NCBI GenBank assembly: GCA_041651685.1
Contig: JBAZIU010000001.1
Span: 308,414 to 372,413 of the forward strand
DNA length: 64,000 nucleotides
Origin: Minisyncoccota bacterium
GTDB taxonomy: Bacteria > Patescibacteriota > Minisyncoccia > Minisyncoccales > Minisyncoccaceae
Reading direction: 5' to 3'
Positions 52,160-60,406 of the stretch are shown here, piece by piece (the first letter of the stretch is position 1; every line of letters begins with the position of its first letter). The position numbers and the translations under genes were made by a program. The notes below the pieces were generated by a model, which did not search any database, had not been told where the DNA came from, and saw only the letters and a list, made by a program, of their open reading frames with translations.

Positions 52160-54259
52160 TTATTCCAAATGAACCTTTTCTTCAAATGCTTCCAGCCTTC
52201 TTTTCAAAAGAGGGTATTTTTCTAATTGAGGGAATACTTCTTCAGCCGCCTCTCTGGCCAGTTTAGTTTTTTTGATATCCTTTAAGGCATTCATGGCAAA
52301 ATCGGGAAGTCCCCATTGGCGCACTCCGAAGAAGTCACCCGGGCCTCTTAATTTCAAATCCATTTCCGAAAGCTTGAAACCGCTATCGTATTTAATCATC
52401 GCTCCTAGTCGTTCCCTCGTTTTTTTACTTTTAGAATCGGTAAAGAGAAGACAATATGATTGTTGCTCTCCTCTGCCGACTCTTCCCCTGAATTGATGCA
52501 GTTGAGATAACCCAAACCTGTCGCTTCCTTCAATCATCATTACCGTTGCGTTGGGAACATCAATTCCGACTTCTATAACCGAGGTTGAAACAAGAATATT
52601 GTATTTTTTGCTTCTGAAATCTTTCATCGTTTTGTCTTTTTCTTTACTTGTCATTTTTCCATGAAGCATGGCTAATTTAAATTCCGGAAAAACTTCTTTA
52701 GAAAGATAGTCGTATTCTTTTTTGACGTTTTTCATTTCTTCATCTTTCTCATCTGATTCTATTCTGGGACAAACAACAAAAACTTGTCCTCCTTTAGTTA
52801 TTTCTTTTTTAATGAATTCATATTTTTTTTCTCTTTGGTTATCCGAAACTATTTCGGTGATGATTTTTTTTCTGTTTTTTGGCATCTCGTCGATGATTGA
52901 TAAATCAAGATCGCCCCAGACGGTTAAAGCCAGAGAGCGGGGGATAGGGGTGGCGGTCATGGAAAGGAGGTGGGGAACTTTGTCCCTGTTATTTTGAAGA
53001 GCGGCTCTTTGCTTAACTCCAAAGCGATGCTGTTCGTCAACAATTACCAGTCCCAAGTTTTTGAATTTTACCTTTTGTTCTTCCTTTTTCTTTTTATTGC
53101 TGACGATCAAAGCCTGGGTTCCGATTAAGATATCGATATCGCCATTTTCAACTTTTTCCAATAGTTTTTTTCTCGATATCTCGATAGTATCTGAATGGAG
53201 TTTCTTTGAGTAGTATTTATCTTCTTTTCCGGTCAAAAGACCCACGTTCAGATTGAAGGTTTTAAGCATTTGAAAAAATGTCTTGAAGTGTTGCTTGGTT
53301 AATATTTCTGTCGGAGCCATCAGAACGACTTGAGCTTTGGCTTTAACCGCATTAATTGAAGCCAATGCGGCAACAGCGGTCTTTCCCGAGCCGACGTCTC
53401 CTTGCAATAATCTGTTCATGGGATTAGGCCTTTCCATGTCTTTCAATATCTCATCCAAGGTTTTTTTCTGGGTTTTGGTTAATTCAAAAGGAAGAGAATT
53501 TTTAACTCTTTCTATCAGTTCTTTGTTTGTCGGAATCGACTGCGAATTTTCTTTTTTGATTTCCGATTTCTTTTTGAGATTGAAAAGAGAGATGAAGAAT
53601 ATCTGTTCAAAGGAAAATCTTTGTTCGGCTTTTTGGGCCAATTCAAGAGAAGAGGGGAAGTGAATTTGTTCCAAAGCTTCTTTTAAGGGAAGCAATTCAT
53701 ATTTATCAATTATTTCTTGAGGGAGTGTTTCCGGAATCTTGTCCTTAATTGCTTTTATAATCGGTTTGATTATCCACCTTAAGTATCTTGAAGAAACCCC
53801 TTGGGTTTCGGGATAAACAGCCATTATCCTGCCCAGGTGAGTCGTTTCTTTTAATGATGTTTTTTCAAAAATAGGTGATGAGATTTGAAGACTTCTGTTT
53901 TGAATGACAAGTTTTCCGGCCACTATTATTTCGTCTCCGATTTTTAAAATTTTATTTAAATATGGCTGATTAAACCAGACGAGTTCTATTGCTCCGGTAT
54001 CGTCTTGAATCAGAGCCGTTGTGACAATCATTTTTTTGACCCAGGTTCTTTGCTGCTCCAAAGAAATTATCTTTCCTTGGACGCAGGCCTTTTCATTGAT
54101 TTTTACATCAGCTATCTTTGATATCTTGGAAAAGTCTTTGTATTCGCGGGGAAAGTAGTATATTAAATCAGCCATGGTTTTTATCCCCATTCCTTTCAAT
54201 CTTTTGCCGTAAACTGGACCGATGCCGGGAATTTCTTCTATTTTGGTTGAGAAATTCAT
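52160..54259 (-). CDS. recG: ATP-dependent DNA helicase RecG
   Basis: 699 aa; wedge/OB N-terminus, LQGDVGSGKTAVA, VVDEQHRFGV, MTATPIPR, QLHQFRGRVGRG. Confidence 0.95.
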   Translation of the reverse strand: MNFSTKIEEIPGIGPVYGKRLKGMGIKTMADLIYYFPREYKDFSKISKIADVKINEKACVQGKIISLEQQRTWVKKMIVTTALIQDDTGAIELVWFNQPYLNKILKIGDEIIVAGKLVIQNRSLQISSPIFEKTSLKETTHLGRIMAVYPETQGVSSRYLRWIIKPIIKAIKDKIPETLPQEIIDKYELLPLKEALEQIHFPSSLELAQKAEQRFSFEQIFFISLFNLKKKSEIKKENSQSIPTNKELIERVKNSLPFELTKTQKKTLDEILKDMERPNPMNRLLQGDVGSGKTAVAALASINAVKAKAQVVLMAPTEILTKQHFKTFFQMLKTFNLNVGLLTGKEDKYYSKKLHSDTIEISRKKLLEKVENGDIDILIGTQALIVSNKKKKEEQKVKFKNLGLVIVDEQHRFGVKQRAALQNNRDKVPHLLSMTATPIPRSLALTVWGDLDLSIIDEMPKNRKKIITEIVSDNQREKKYEFIKKEITKGGQVFVVCPRIESDEKDEEMKNVKKEYDYLSKEVFPEFKLAMLHGKMTSKEKDKTMKDFRSKKYNILVSTSVIEVGIDVPNATVMMIEGSDRFGLSQLHQFRGRVGRGEQQSYCLLFTDSKSKKTRERLGAMIKYDSGFKLSEMDLKLRGPGDFFGVRQWGLPDFAMNALKDIKKTKLAREAAEEVFPQLEKYPLLKRRLEAFEEKVHLE

Positions 54260-54314
54260 AATTTTTATGGTATTGTTTTACCATGATTATGGTATAAATC
54301 ATGCCATATGATTG

Positions 54315-54386
54315 TGCCCTCGAGAGGATTCGAACCTCTATCGCAAGCTCCGCAAGCTGGTATTCTATCCATTGAACTACGAGGGC
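54315..54386 (-). tRNA. tRNA-Arg (anticodon GCG)
   Basis: Acceptor GCCCTCG/CGAGGGC, loop TTGCGGA, T arm AGAGG-TTCGAAT-CCTCT; one C-T mismatch in the anticodon stem. Confidence 0.75.
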
Positions 54387-54487
54387 GTTGTTTATATACT
54401 ATACAAAAAAACAATTAAAAACAATGCCTTATTGCCTGTTGTTTTTTTCTTTTGTATAATACACTAAAGATAATAATTATTAAAAAT

Positions 54488-54706
54488 ATGGATAAAAGAG
54501 CATTGGGTGTTATTATCGGAGCAGTCATAATTGCGATATGCGGTTTTGTTTATTACGGGCTGAGAAGCAATAGTGCTCCTAAAGCCAATGAAGAGGGAGG
54601 GTTTAACGGAGTAATTGAAAATCCGGTTGAAAGCATGCCGGAAACCAATCCTTTTGAAACAACGGTTAATCCGATGGACGGCTATACCAATCCCTTTGAA
54701 GAATAA
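54488..54706 (+). CDS. Small membrane-anchored protein
   Basis: 72 aa from ATG 54488 (MDKRALGVIIGAVIIAICGFVYYGL). Confidence 0.45.
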   Translation: MDKRALGVIIGAVIIAICGFVYYGLRSNSAPKANEEGGFNGVIENPVESMPETNPFETTVNPMDGYTNPFEE

Positions 54707-54723
54707 TCATTAAAAATAAAAAC

Positions 54724-55980
54724 ATGAAAAAGATAATTTTTCTTTCAATAGCTTCTTTCTTCTGTTTTTTGGGAACAGCTTTCGCCATTGACGCTCCGGC
54801 ATATCCCATAACTGAACTGGGTGATTGCGCCAATAAGGCCGAGTGTGCAAATTATTGCAATCAAGCGGAAAACATGACCGCCTGTATTTCCTATGCCGAA
54901 AATAATAATATGCTTTCCAAAGAAGAAATCAGTCTTTCCAAGAAGGTGGCGGAGAAGGTTAGGGAAGGGAAGATGCCGGGAGGATGCAAGGACAAAAACA
55001 GCTGTGAGACTTTTTGCCAGAACAATATTGCCAATCTTGATGAATGCTTGTCTTTTGCCGATGAAATCGGAATTTCCGGAACAAGCATTGAAGAAGGAAA
55101 GAAGATTGCCAAAGCCTTAAAAGAAGGGGCCAATCTTCCTGGCGGGTGTAGCGGTAAAGCCGAATGTGAGACTTATTGCGCCGAACCCAGCCACATTGAC
55201 GAATGTCTTGATTTTGGAGAAGCCTCGGGAATTATCGGGGCCGGAGAGATAGCCGAAGCCAGAAAGATTTCAGAATTTATTAAAAACGGGGAAACTCCCG
55301 GAGGATGCAAGAGAAAAGCCGAATGTGAGACTTATTGCCAAATTGAATCTAATTTTGATGAGTGCTTGGCTTTTGCCCAGAAGGCGGGCTTCTTGAGCGA
55401 GAAAGAAATGGAAATGGTTAAGAAGACGGGAGGGAAAGGGCCCGGCGGGTGCAAAAGCGAAGAAGCCTGTGCAACTTATTGCGCCAATCCGGCTCACTTG
55501 GACGAATGTGTGGAATTCGGAGTTAAAACGGGAATGATTAGCGAAGAAGAAAAAGAGAACATAGAGGGTGGAGTTGAAAAGTTGAAAAACGGACTGGAAG
55601 AGATTCCGGCAGAAGCGAGAGGCAATGCCGAAAGTTGTTTGAACGAAGTTTTTGAAGGGAAATTGCAGGAAGTTTTAAACGGAACCGTTACAATAACCAA
55701 AGAACAGGGAGAGAAAATCGCACCATGTATGGAAGGGGCTGTTAACAAATATATTGAGAGCCAGATGCCCCAGGGCGGCGGGTCTTCTGGCGGAGGCATG
55801 CCAAGTGGTACCCAAGGATCGCCTGAAGAAATTCCCACTATTCCCAGTGGAGTTCAGGGCCCGCCTGAGAATATTCCTACCGCTCCCGGCGGAATTCAAG
55901 GGCCTCCGGCCAATATACCGACTGGAGCACCTTGTTCCTCTCCTGAAGAATGTATGAAAATGTTCGGACCGCAGCAATAA
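54724..55980 (+). CDS. Secreted protein with five ~50-aa four-Cys repeats and a Pro-rich C-terminus
   Basis: Signal peptide; repeats of PGGC-x6-C-x3-C-x9/10-ECLxF (GGCKDKNSCETFCQNNIANLDECLSF, GGCSGKAECETYCAEPSHIDECLDF, GGCKRKAECETYCQIESNFDECLAF, GGCKSEEACATYCANPAHLDECVEF); tail IPTIPSGVQGPPENIPTAPGGIQGPPANIPTG. Confidence 0.7.
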   Translation: MKKIIFLSIASFFCFLGTAFAIDAPAYPITELGDCANKAECANYCNQAENMTACISYAENNNMLSKEEISLSKKVAEKVREGKMPGGCKDKNSCETFCQNNIANLDECLSFADEIGISGTSIEEGKKIAKALKEGANLPGGCSGKAECETYCAEPSHIDECLDFGEASGIIGAGEIAEARKISEFIKNGETPGGCKRKAECETYCQIESNFDECLAFAQKAGFLSEKEMEMVKKTGGKGPGGCKSEEACATYCANPAHLDECVEFGVKTGMISEEEKENIEGGVEKLKNGLEEIPAEARGNAESCLNEVFEGKLQEVLNGTVTITKEQGEKIAPCMEGAVNKYIESQMPQGGGSSGGGMPSGTQGSPEEIPTIPSGVQGPPENIPTAPGGIQGPPANIPTGAPCSSPEECMKMFGPQQ

Positions 55981-55987
55981 TACAAAA

Positions 55988-56009
55988 AGAGGCCGTTAAG
56001 GCCTCTTTA
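55988..56009. terminator. Bidirectional terminator between convergent genes
   Basis: AGAGGCC-gttaa-GGCCTCT flanked by A- and T-runs. Confidence 0.7.
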
Positions 56010-56011
56010 TC

Positions 56012-56275
56012 TTATGAGTATAATTTACTATGGCTTCCTATAGCAATGAAATAAATAATTTTTCCATTATTTATTTCTTCGAAAACAGCCCTCCAGTCGC
56101 CAGTTATATTTATGCTTCTGAAATTTTTTAATTTTCCGGAAAGCTGGTGGTTATTCAAAATAGGAGAGTGTGCATCATTGGTAAGTATTTCAAGGCGAGA
56201 CCTAAAAGAATTTTTAATATTTGGAGGGCATTTTTTAAATTCTTTTATGAATTTTTGAGAATATTCAATCAGCAT
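56012..56275 (-). CDS. RelE/ParE-superfamily toxin
   Basis: 87 aa; HQLSGKLKNFRSINITGDWRAVFEE...IYFIAIGSHSKLY. Confidence 0.75.
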   Translation of the reverse strand: MLIEYSQKFIKEFKKCPPNIKNSFRSRLEILTNDAHSPILNNHQLSGKLKNFRSINITGDWRAVFEEINNGKIIYFIAIGSHSKLYS

Positions 56276-56277
56276 GC

Positions 56278-56553
56278 TTATTTACCTTTAAGAAAATCAA
56301 TGGCTTCTTTGTTATTCTTAAAAGCATAATATGCTTTGCTTTTTCTTTCCTTCCTGGATTCGTTTATTGAGTCCAATAGGTACTTGCTGGGGGACCCTTC
56401 ATCCATAGTCAATAGAAATGTTTTATCTCTGACGAGCTGTTTTAGGAATCCATTAATAGCTCCGCTTAATGTCAGCCCCAAATCAGAGGCTACCTTTTGG
56501 GCCTCTTTTTTAACCCTTGAATCGGTCTTGATGTTTATAACAGCTGTTTCCAT
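56278..56553 (-). CDS. RelB/DinJ-family antitoxin
   Basis: 91 aa; INIKTDSRVKKEAQKVASDLGLTLSGAINGFLKQLV; 2-nt gap to the toxin. Confidence 0.75.
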   Translation of the reverse strand: METAVINIKTDSRVKKEAQKVASDLGLTLSGAINGFLKQLVRDKTFLLTMDEGSPSKYLLDSINESRKERKSKAYYAFKNNKEAIDFLKGK

Positions 56554-56626
56554 ATTTGTATATACTTAGTATATACATTAAATAAATTGCTGTCAATACA
56601 AAAACCCTTTAAAAGGGTTTTATATG

Positions 56627-56711
56627 AGGAGGGAGAGGGATTCGAACCCTCGGTGAGTTGCCCCACAATAGTTTTCAAGACTATCCCTTTCAACCGCTCA
56701 GGCATCCCTCC
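56627..56711 (-). tRNA. tRNA-Ser (anticodon TGA), long variable arm
   Basis: Acceptor GGAGGGA/TCCCTCC, anticodon stem ATAGT/ACTAT with loop CTTGAAA, T arm GAGGG-TTCGAAT-CCCTC. Confidence 0.85.
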
Positions 56712-56756
56712 GCGATAGGGAAATGATATATAAAAAGAGGGTGATTGTCAATTTGA

Positions 56757-57353
56757 TTATTTGTGGAATCCCAAATCGGCCGGATTGCTTCCCCCGGAGA
56801 TATGTTCCATTTCTCCACCTCCTTTTTCGAATTCGTATCTCAGCTTCTTAACTTCATTGCTTAAATCAAGAGTTTCTTTGGGCATTTCTTTTTTTATATA
56901 TCCCTTTGACCAATAATCAAGAATTAATTTACTGTCCCCAAATGCCTTTTTAATGTTTTCTTTCAAGGCAATCTGGAGGGCATATTTGCAGGCCAAGAGT
57001 TCGCCGAAATTATTGGTGACGTTTTTAATAATCAAATGCTTGCCTCGGTGATTGATATCTTTCTTTTTTAATATTTTATCCAAAAGGTCGTTTCCGTTTT
57101 CGTCGGTAACGCTGATTTCAACTCCAGTGCCCGCTCCGGTTCCAGCATCAAAATATATTCCTTTTTCAGCGGCGGTATTTTTCGAACCATATTCGGCTCC
57201 GGCGTCCAGCCATCTTTCGGCCTGGTCTTTGGTTTCAAATCCTTTGTATTTGGCACCGACCATTCCCGAAACAATTTTCTGGCATTGAGGCCAGCTGTCG
57301 GTTATTCCGTTTTTTCCATTGATTGAATAGGCGTAGTATTTTTTCTTGGTCAT
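56757..57353 (-). CDS. RNase H1 hybrid-binding-domain (viroplasmin-like) protein with an RNase H-like C-terminal domain
   Basis: 198 aa; YYAYSINGKNGITDSWPQCQKIVSGMVGAKYKGFETKDQAERWL (HBD pattern); GIYFDAGTG...NNFGELLACKYAL...GGSNPADLGFHK. Confidence 0.6.
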   Translation of the reverse strand: MTKKKYYAYSINGKNGITDSWPQCQKIVSGMVGAKYKGFETKDQAERWLDAGAEYGSKNTAAEKGIYFDAGTGAGTGVEISVTDENGNDLLDKILKKKDINHRGKHLIIKNVTNNFGELLACKYALQIALKENIKKAFGDSKLILDYWSKGYIKKEMPKETLDLSNEVKKLRYEFEKGGGEMEHISGGSNPADLGFHK

Positions 57354-57384
57354 ATCGGTATTTTAACATTTAAAATCCATCGAA

Positions 57385-58026
57385 TCAATTTTTCTTCTTA
57401 ATCAATCCTACCGCTACCGGGATGATTGATATTATGATTATGCCGATGACGATGAGAGAGAAGTTTTGTTTTATCAAAGGAATGTTTCCAAAGAAATATC
57501 CCAAGCCGACAAAGAGGGAAGTCCAGACAAACCCTCCGACGATGTTATAAACAAAGAATTTTTTGTATTCCATTTTCCCTAATCCGGCGACAAAAGGAGC
57601 GAAGGTTCTGATGATGGGAATAAAGCGGGCAAGGAAAATGGTCATACCTCCGTATTTTTTATAGAATTCTTGGGTTCTATCAAGGTACTCTTGATTAACC
57701 TTATTGGATAATTTTTTCCCAAAGAATTTTCCTATGAAGTAATTTGCCGTGTCTCCTGCGAAAGCGGCAAGCCAGAGAATTGCAATCAGGATATAGATAT
57801 TGAGAGAGTTGATTGCGGCAATGGCTCCGGCAGCAAAGAGTAGGGAATCGCCGGGCAGGAAGGGAACGAAGACCAGCCCGGTTTCGATAAAAATAACGGC
57901 GAACAGCAAAAGATAGGATAATGTTCCGTAGGCATTAACAATTTCGGCTAAATAGATGTCTATATGAAGAATTGTATTAATTAAATCCATGATAAAATTA
58001 TAATAGTTTACCGAAGCTTTGTCCAT
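57385..58026 (-). CDS. DedA-family membrane protein
   Basis: LPGDSLLFAAG, FLARFIPIIRTFAPFVAG. The true start may be the internal ATG at 57990. Confidence 0.85.
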   Translation of the reverse strand: MDKASVNYYNFIMDLINTILHIDIYLAEIVNAYGTLSYLLLFAVIFIETGLVFVPFLPGDSLLFAAGAIAAINSLNIYILIAILWLAAFAGDTANYFIGKFFGKKLSNKVNQEYLDRTQEFYKKYGGMTIFLARFIPIIRTFAPFVAGLGKMEYKKFFVYNIVGGFVWTSLFVGLGYFFGNIPLIKQNFSLIVIGIIIISIIPVAVGLIKKKN

Positions 58027-58075
58027 TGAATAATTGACACAATAACTGGTTAAGGTAAAATATAAATAAACAAAT

Positions 58076-59134
58076 ATGAAAAAACAAACAATATTTACAA
58101 TCTTCGCAGTGGTATTATTGGGATTAGCTTTCAGTCTCTATCAATATTTAGAAACCTTTAAAACAGAAGTTGCTTCTGCCACTTCAACCGTTCCTAATCC
58201 GGGACACCTCTGGAGTTCCATGGAATGCAATTCCGATACTTTGTGCGTTGATACGACCAACAATAGATTGGGGATAGGGACGGCGAGTCCGGGAACTAAG
58301 TTGGATGTTAACGGAGGCATAAGAGCAATTGGTTCAGGGTTTACGGGAGCCACAGGAAAAAGCGCCGAGATCCAATTATATAGCAATACAGCTTATTTCC
58401 AGGGATATGATAGAACGGGGGATGCCTTTATACCAACCTATTTCCGTGGCAATCCAATTATTTTAGAAGGTGGTAATGTCGGCATCGGGACGACAGTGCC
58501 AAAAACTCAATTACATTTAGGTACAGAGCTCCCAGTTTTATCTATTGGAGCTATTACCACTTACGGTGGTTCCAGCGGCAACGCTATGGCTGCTATTACA
58601 AGTACTCTTACTGCTGGAGGTCAAACTGGCGGTTCATTAAATTTCCAAACTAACCCCTGGGGAGTCATTGATAGTTCTTATGTCCCTGTTACTATGATGA
58701 CTATTCTTCCACGGGGCAATGTCGGCATCGGCACTACTTCTCCTGGCTATAATCTAACCGTTGCCGGCACCGCCTGGGTCACCTCCGGTTCTTGGTCCGG
58801 CTCTGATGCACGATGGAAGAAGAACATTTCAACTCTTTCAACAGCATCTTCTCTTGATAAAATATTAGCTTTAAATTCGGTTAACTATGAATGGAAAACA
58901 GACGAATACCCGGAAATGAAATTCTCGAAAGACGCCCAACTCGGCTTTATCGCTCAGGACGTGGAAAACATCATCCCCGAAGTGGTCACTACCGATAACA
59001 ACGGATATAAGGGAATATCATATGAAAAGATAGTTCCCGTTTTGACCAGTGCCATACAGGAGCAGCAAAAGGAGATAGAGCAATTAAAAACAATGGTCTG
59101 TTCGGACCATCCTTTAGCGGAGATTTGTAAATAG
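58076..59134 (+). CDS. Tail-fibre-like surface protein with a C-terminal Peptidase_S74 intramolecular chaperone domain (copy B)
   Basis: 352 aa; same N-terminal and S74 modules as 20162-21325, different central ~150-180 aa. Confidence 0.85.
   Translation: MKKQTIFTIFAVVLLGLAFSLYQYLETFKTEVASATSTVPNPGHLWSSMECNSDTLCVDTTNNRLGIGTASPGTKLDVNGGIRAIGSGFTGATGKSAEIQLYSNTAYFQGYDRTGDAFIPTYFRGNPIILEGGNVGIGTTVPKTQLHLGTELPVLSIGAITTYGGSSGNAMAAITSTLTAGGQTGGSLNFQTNPWGVIDSSYVPVTMMTILPRGNVGIGTTSPGYNLTVAGTAWVTSGSWSGSDARWKKNISTLSTASSLDKILALNSVNYEWKTDEYPEMKFSKDAQLGFIAQDVENIIPEVVTTDNNGYKGISYEKIVPVLTSAIQEQQKEIEQLKTMVCSDHPLAEICK
58139..58292 (+). repeat. Dispersed repeat, N-terminal module of S74 copy B (pairs with 20225-20378)
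   Basis: See the entry for 20225-20378. Confidence 0.85.
58754..59077 (+). repeat. Dispersed repeat, S74 module of copy B (pairs with 20924-21247)
   Basis: See the entry for 20924-21247. Confidence 0.85.
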
Positions 59135-59194
59135 GGCGGGCTACTCGGTTTAAGTACTCACGAGCGCAATGTTTATAAGGTCTAAAAATGATAG

Positions 59195-59500
59195 CTATTT
59201 CAGTTTTTTCTCTTTAAGAAACTCCGGATCATAGATTATTTTTACATCCTGATAGAAAGTATATTCGCATTTATTTCCAGTATTTTTCTCCCATTCTTCT
59301 ATGATACGAATTATAGATTGCATGGATAGCAACAGACATTGCAAATCATCTATACCGCAAGAATGGTCGTGCTTTTCAAAACCTGGGGCGCAGATTGACC
59401 ATGACACTCTTTTATTATTAGGAGGCAGGTCTTCAGGAGTATCTATGGTAACAGTGATAAATTCGGATGTATCTTTAATTGGATATTTTGCAATAAGCAT
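59195..59500 (-). CDS. Hypothetical 101-aa cytoplasmic protein
   Basis: ORF only; no family recognised. Confidence 0.4.
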   Translation of the reverse strand: MLIAKYPIKDTSEFITVTIDTPEDLPPNNKRVSWSICAPGFEKHDHSCGIDDLQCLLLSMQSIIRIIEEWEKNTGNKCEYTFYQDVKIIYDPEFLKEKKLK

Positions 59501-59519
59501 ATTTTAAACAAATGGGTTA

Positions 59520-59609
59520 TGGCGGAGAGGGAGGGATTCGAACCCTCGAGTCGCTTTCGCAACTAACACCTTAGCAGGGTGCCCCATTCGACCACTCTGG
59601 CACCTCTCC
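59520..59609 (-). tRNA. tRNA-Ser (anticodon GCT), long variable arm, CCA encoded
   Basis: Acceptor GGAGAGG/CCTCTCC, loop CTGCTAA, T arm GAGGG-TTCGAAT-CCCTC, 3' GCCA. Confidence 0.85.
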
Positions 59610-59624
59610 AATAATGAGGTCATT

Positions 59625-60332
59625 CTATACAAAATAATGCTGTTGGTCAACTTCTCTTGCGACGGTTAGCCCCCAGACTTCTTTGGCTCCGGACTGTTTT
59701 AATGCCTTGGCGCATTCTTCCATAGTCGATCCGGTGGTATAGACATCGTCCAGGAGAAGTATAATTTTGTCTTTAATTATTTCTCCTTTTTCGATTTTAA
59801 AACAATCTTTAATATTATTAATTCTTTCTTCTCTTTTCAGCTCCATCTGCGGAGCGGTTTCCCTTATTTTTATCAGCATATTGGATAAGAGGGGAATGCC
59901 GGTGGATTCGGAGATTGTTTTTCCCATCTCTTCCGATTGATTGAATCCTCTCCTCCTTTTCTTTTTGTCAGTCATGGGAATCGGGATGATGATAAAAGAC
60001 TTATTTATTTCCATTCCGATAGCTTGGAGGTGGGTTAAAATAAGTATTGATAACGGTTGGCAGAGGTCTTTGATGTATCCGTATTTGAATTTATGAATGG
60101 CTTCTTTTAGTATTTTGTTTTTAAAAGAAGCGGCCGAGAATATTTTATCCAGATATCTGTTTTTACATTTATCGCATTTGTCTCTTTTTTCCAGTTTTTC
60201 GCAAAGGCAGTATTGATAGGGGTTTATCTCTATCAAAGACAAACAATCTTCGCAGAGATAGGGCCCTTCTTTTTTGCAATTAATGCACTTTTTAGGAAAA
60301 ATCAAGTCCCAGATTTGTTTTAGATATTCCAT
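59625..60332 (-). CDS. comFC: ComF-family phosphoribosyltransferase-like competence protein (ComFC)
   Basis: 235 aa; N-terminal 4-Cys zinc finger (CINCKKEGPYLCEDC), PRT motif IILLLDDVYTTGST. Confidence 0.8.
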   Translation of the reverse strand: MEYLKQIWDLIFPKKCINCKKEGPYLCEDCLSLIEINPYQYCLCEKLEKRDKCDKCKNRYLDKIFSAASFKNKILKEAIHKFKYGYIKDLCQPLSILILTHLQAIGMEINKSFIIIPIPMTDKKKRRRGFNQSEEMGKTISESTGIPLLSNMLIKIRETAPQMELKREERINNIKDCFKIEKGEIIKDKIILLLDDVYTTGSTMEECAKALKQSGAKEVWGLTVAREVDQQHYFV

Positions 60333-60368
60333 TGCTTTTTAAAAGGTGTTATTATATCAGTATAGCAT

Positions 60369-60396
60369 TTGTCAATGCATTTAAAAATGCTATAAT
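60369..60396 (+). promoter_or_regulatory. Extended -10 promoter candidate for the pil operon (TTGTCA-16-TGcTATAAT)
   Basis: TTGTCA 60369-60374; TGCTATAAT ending at 60396; 10 nt before the pilM ATG. Confidence 0.5.
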
Positions 60397-60406
60397 ATTT
60401 TTAATT

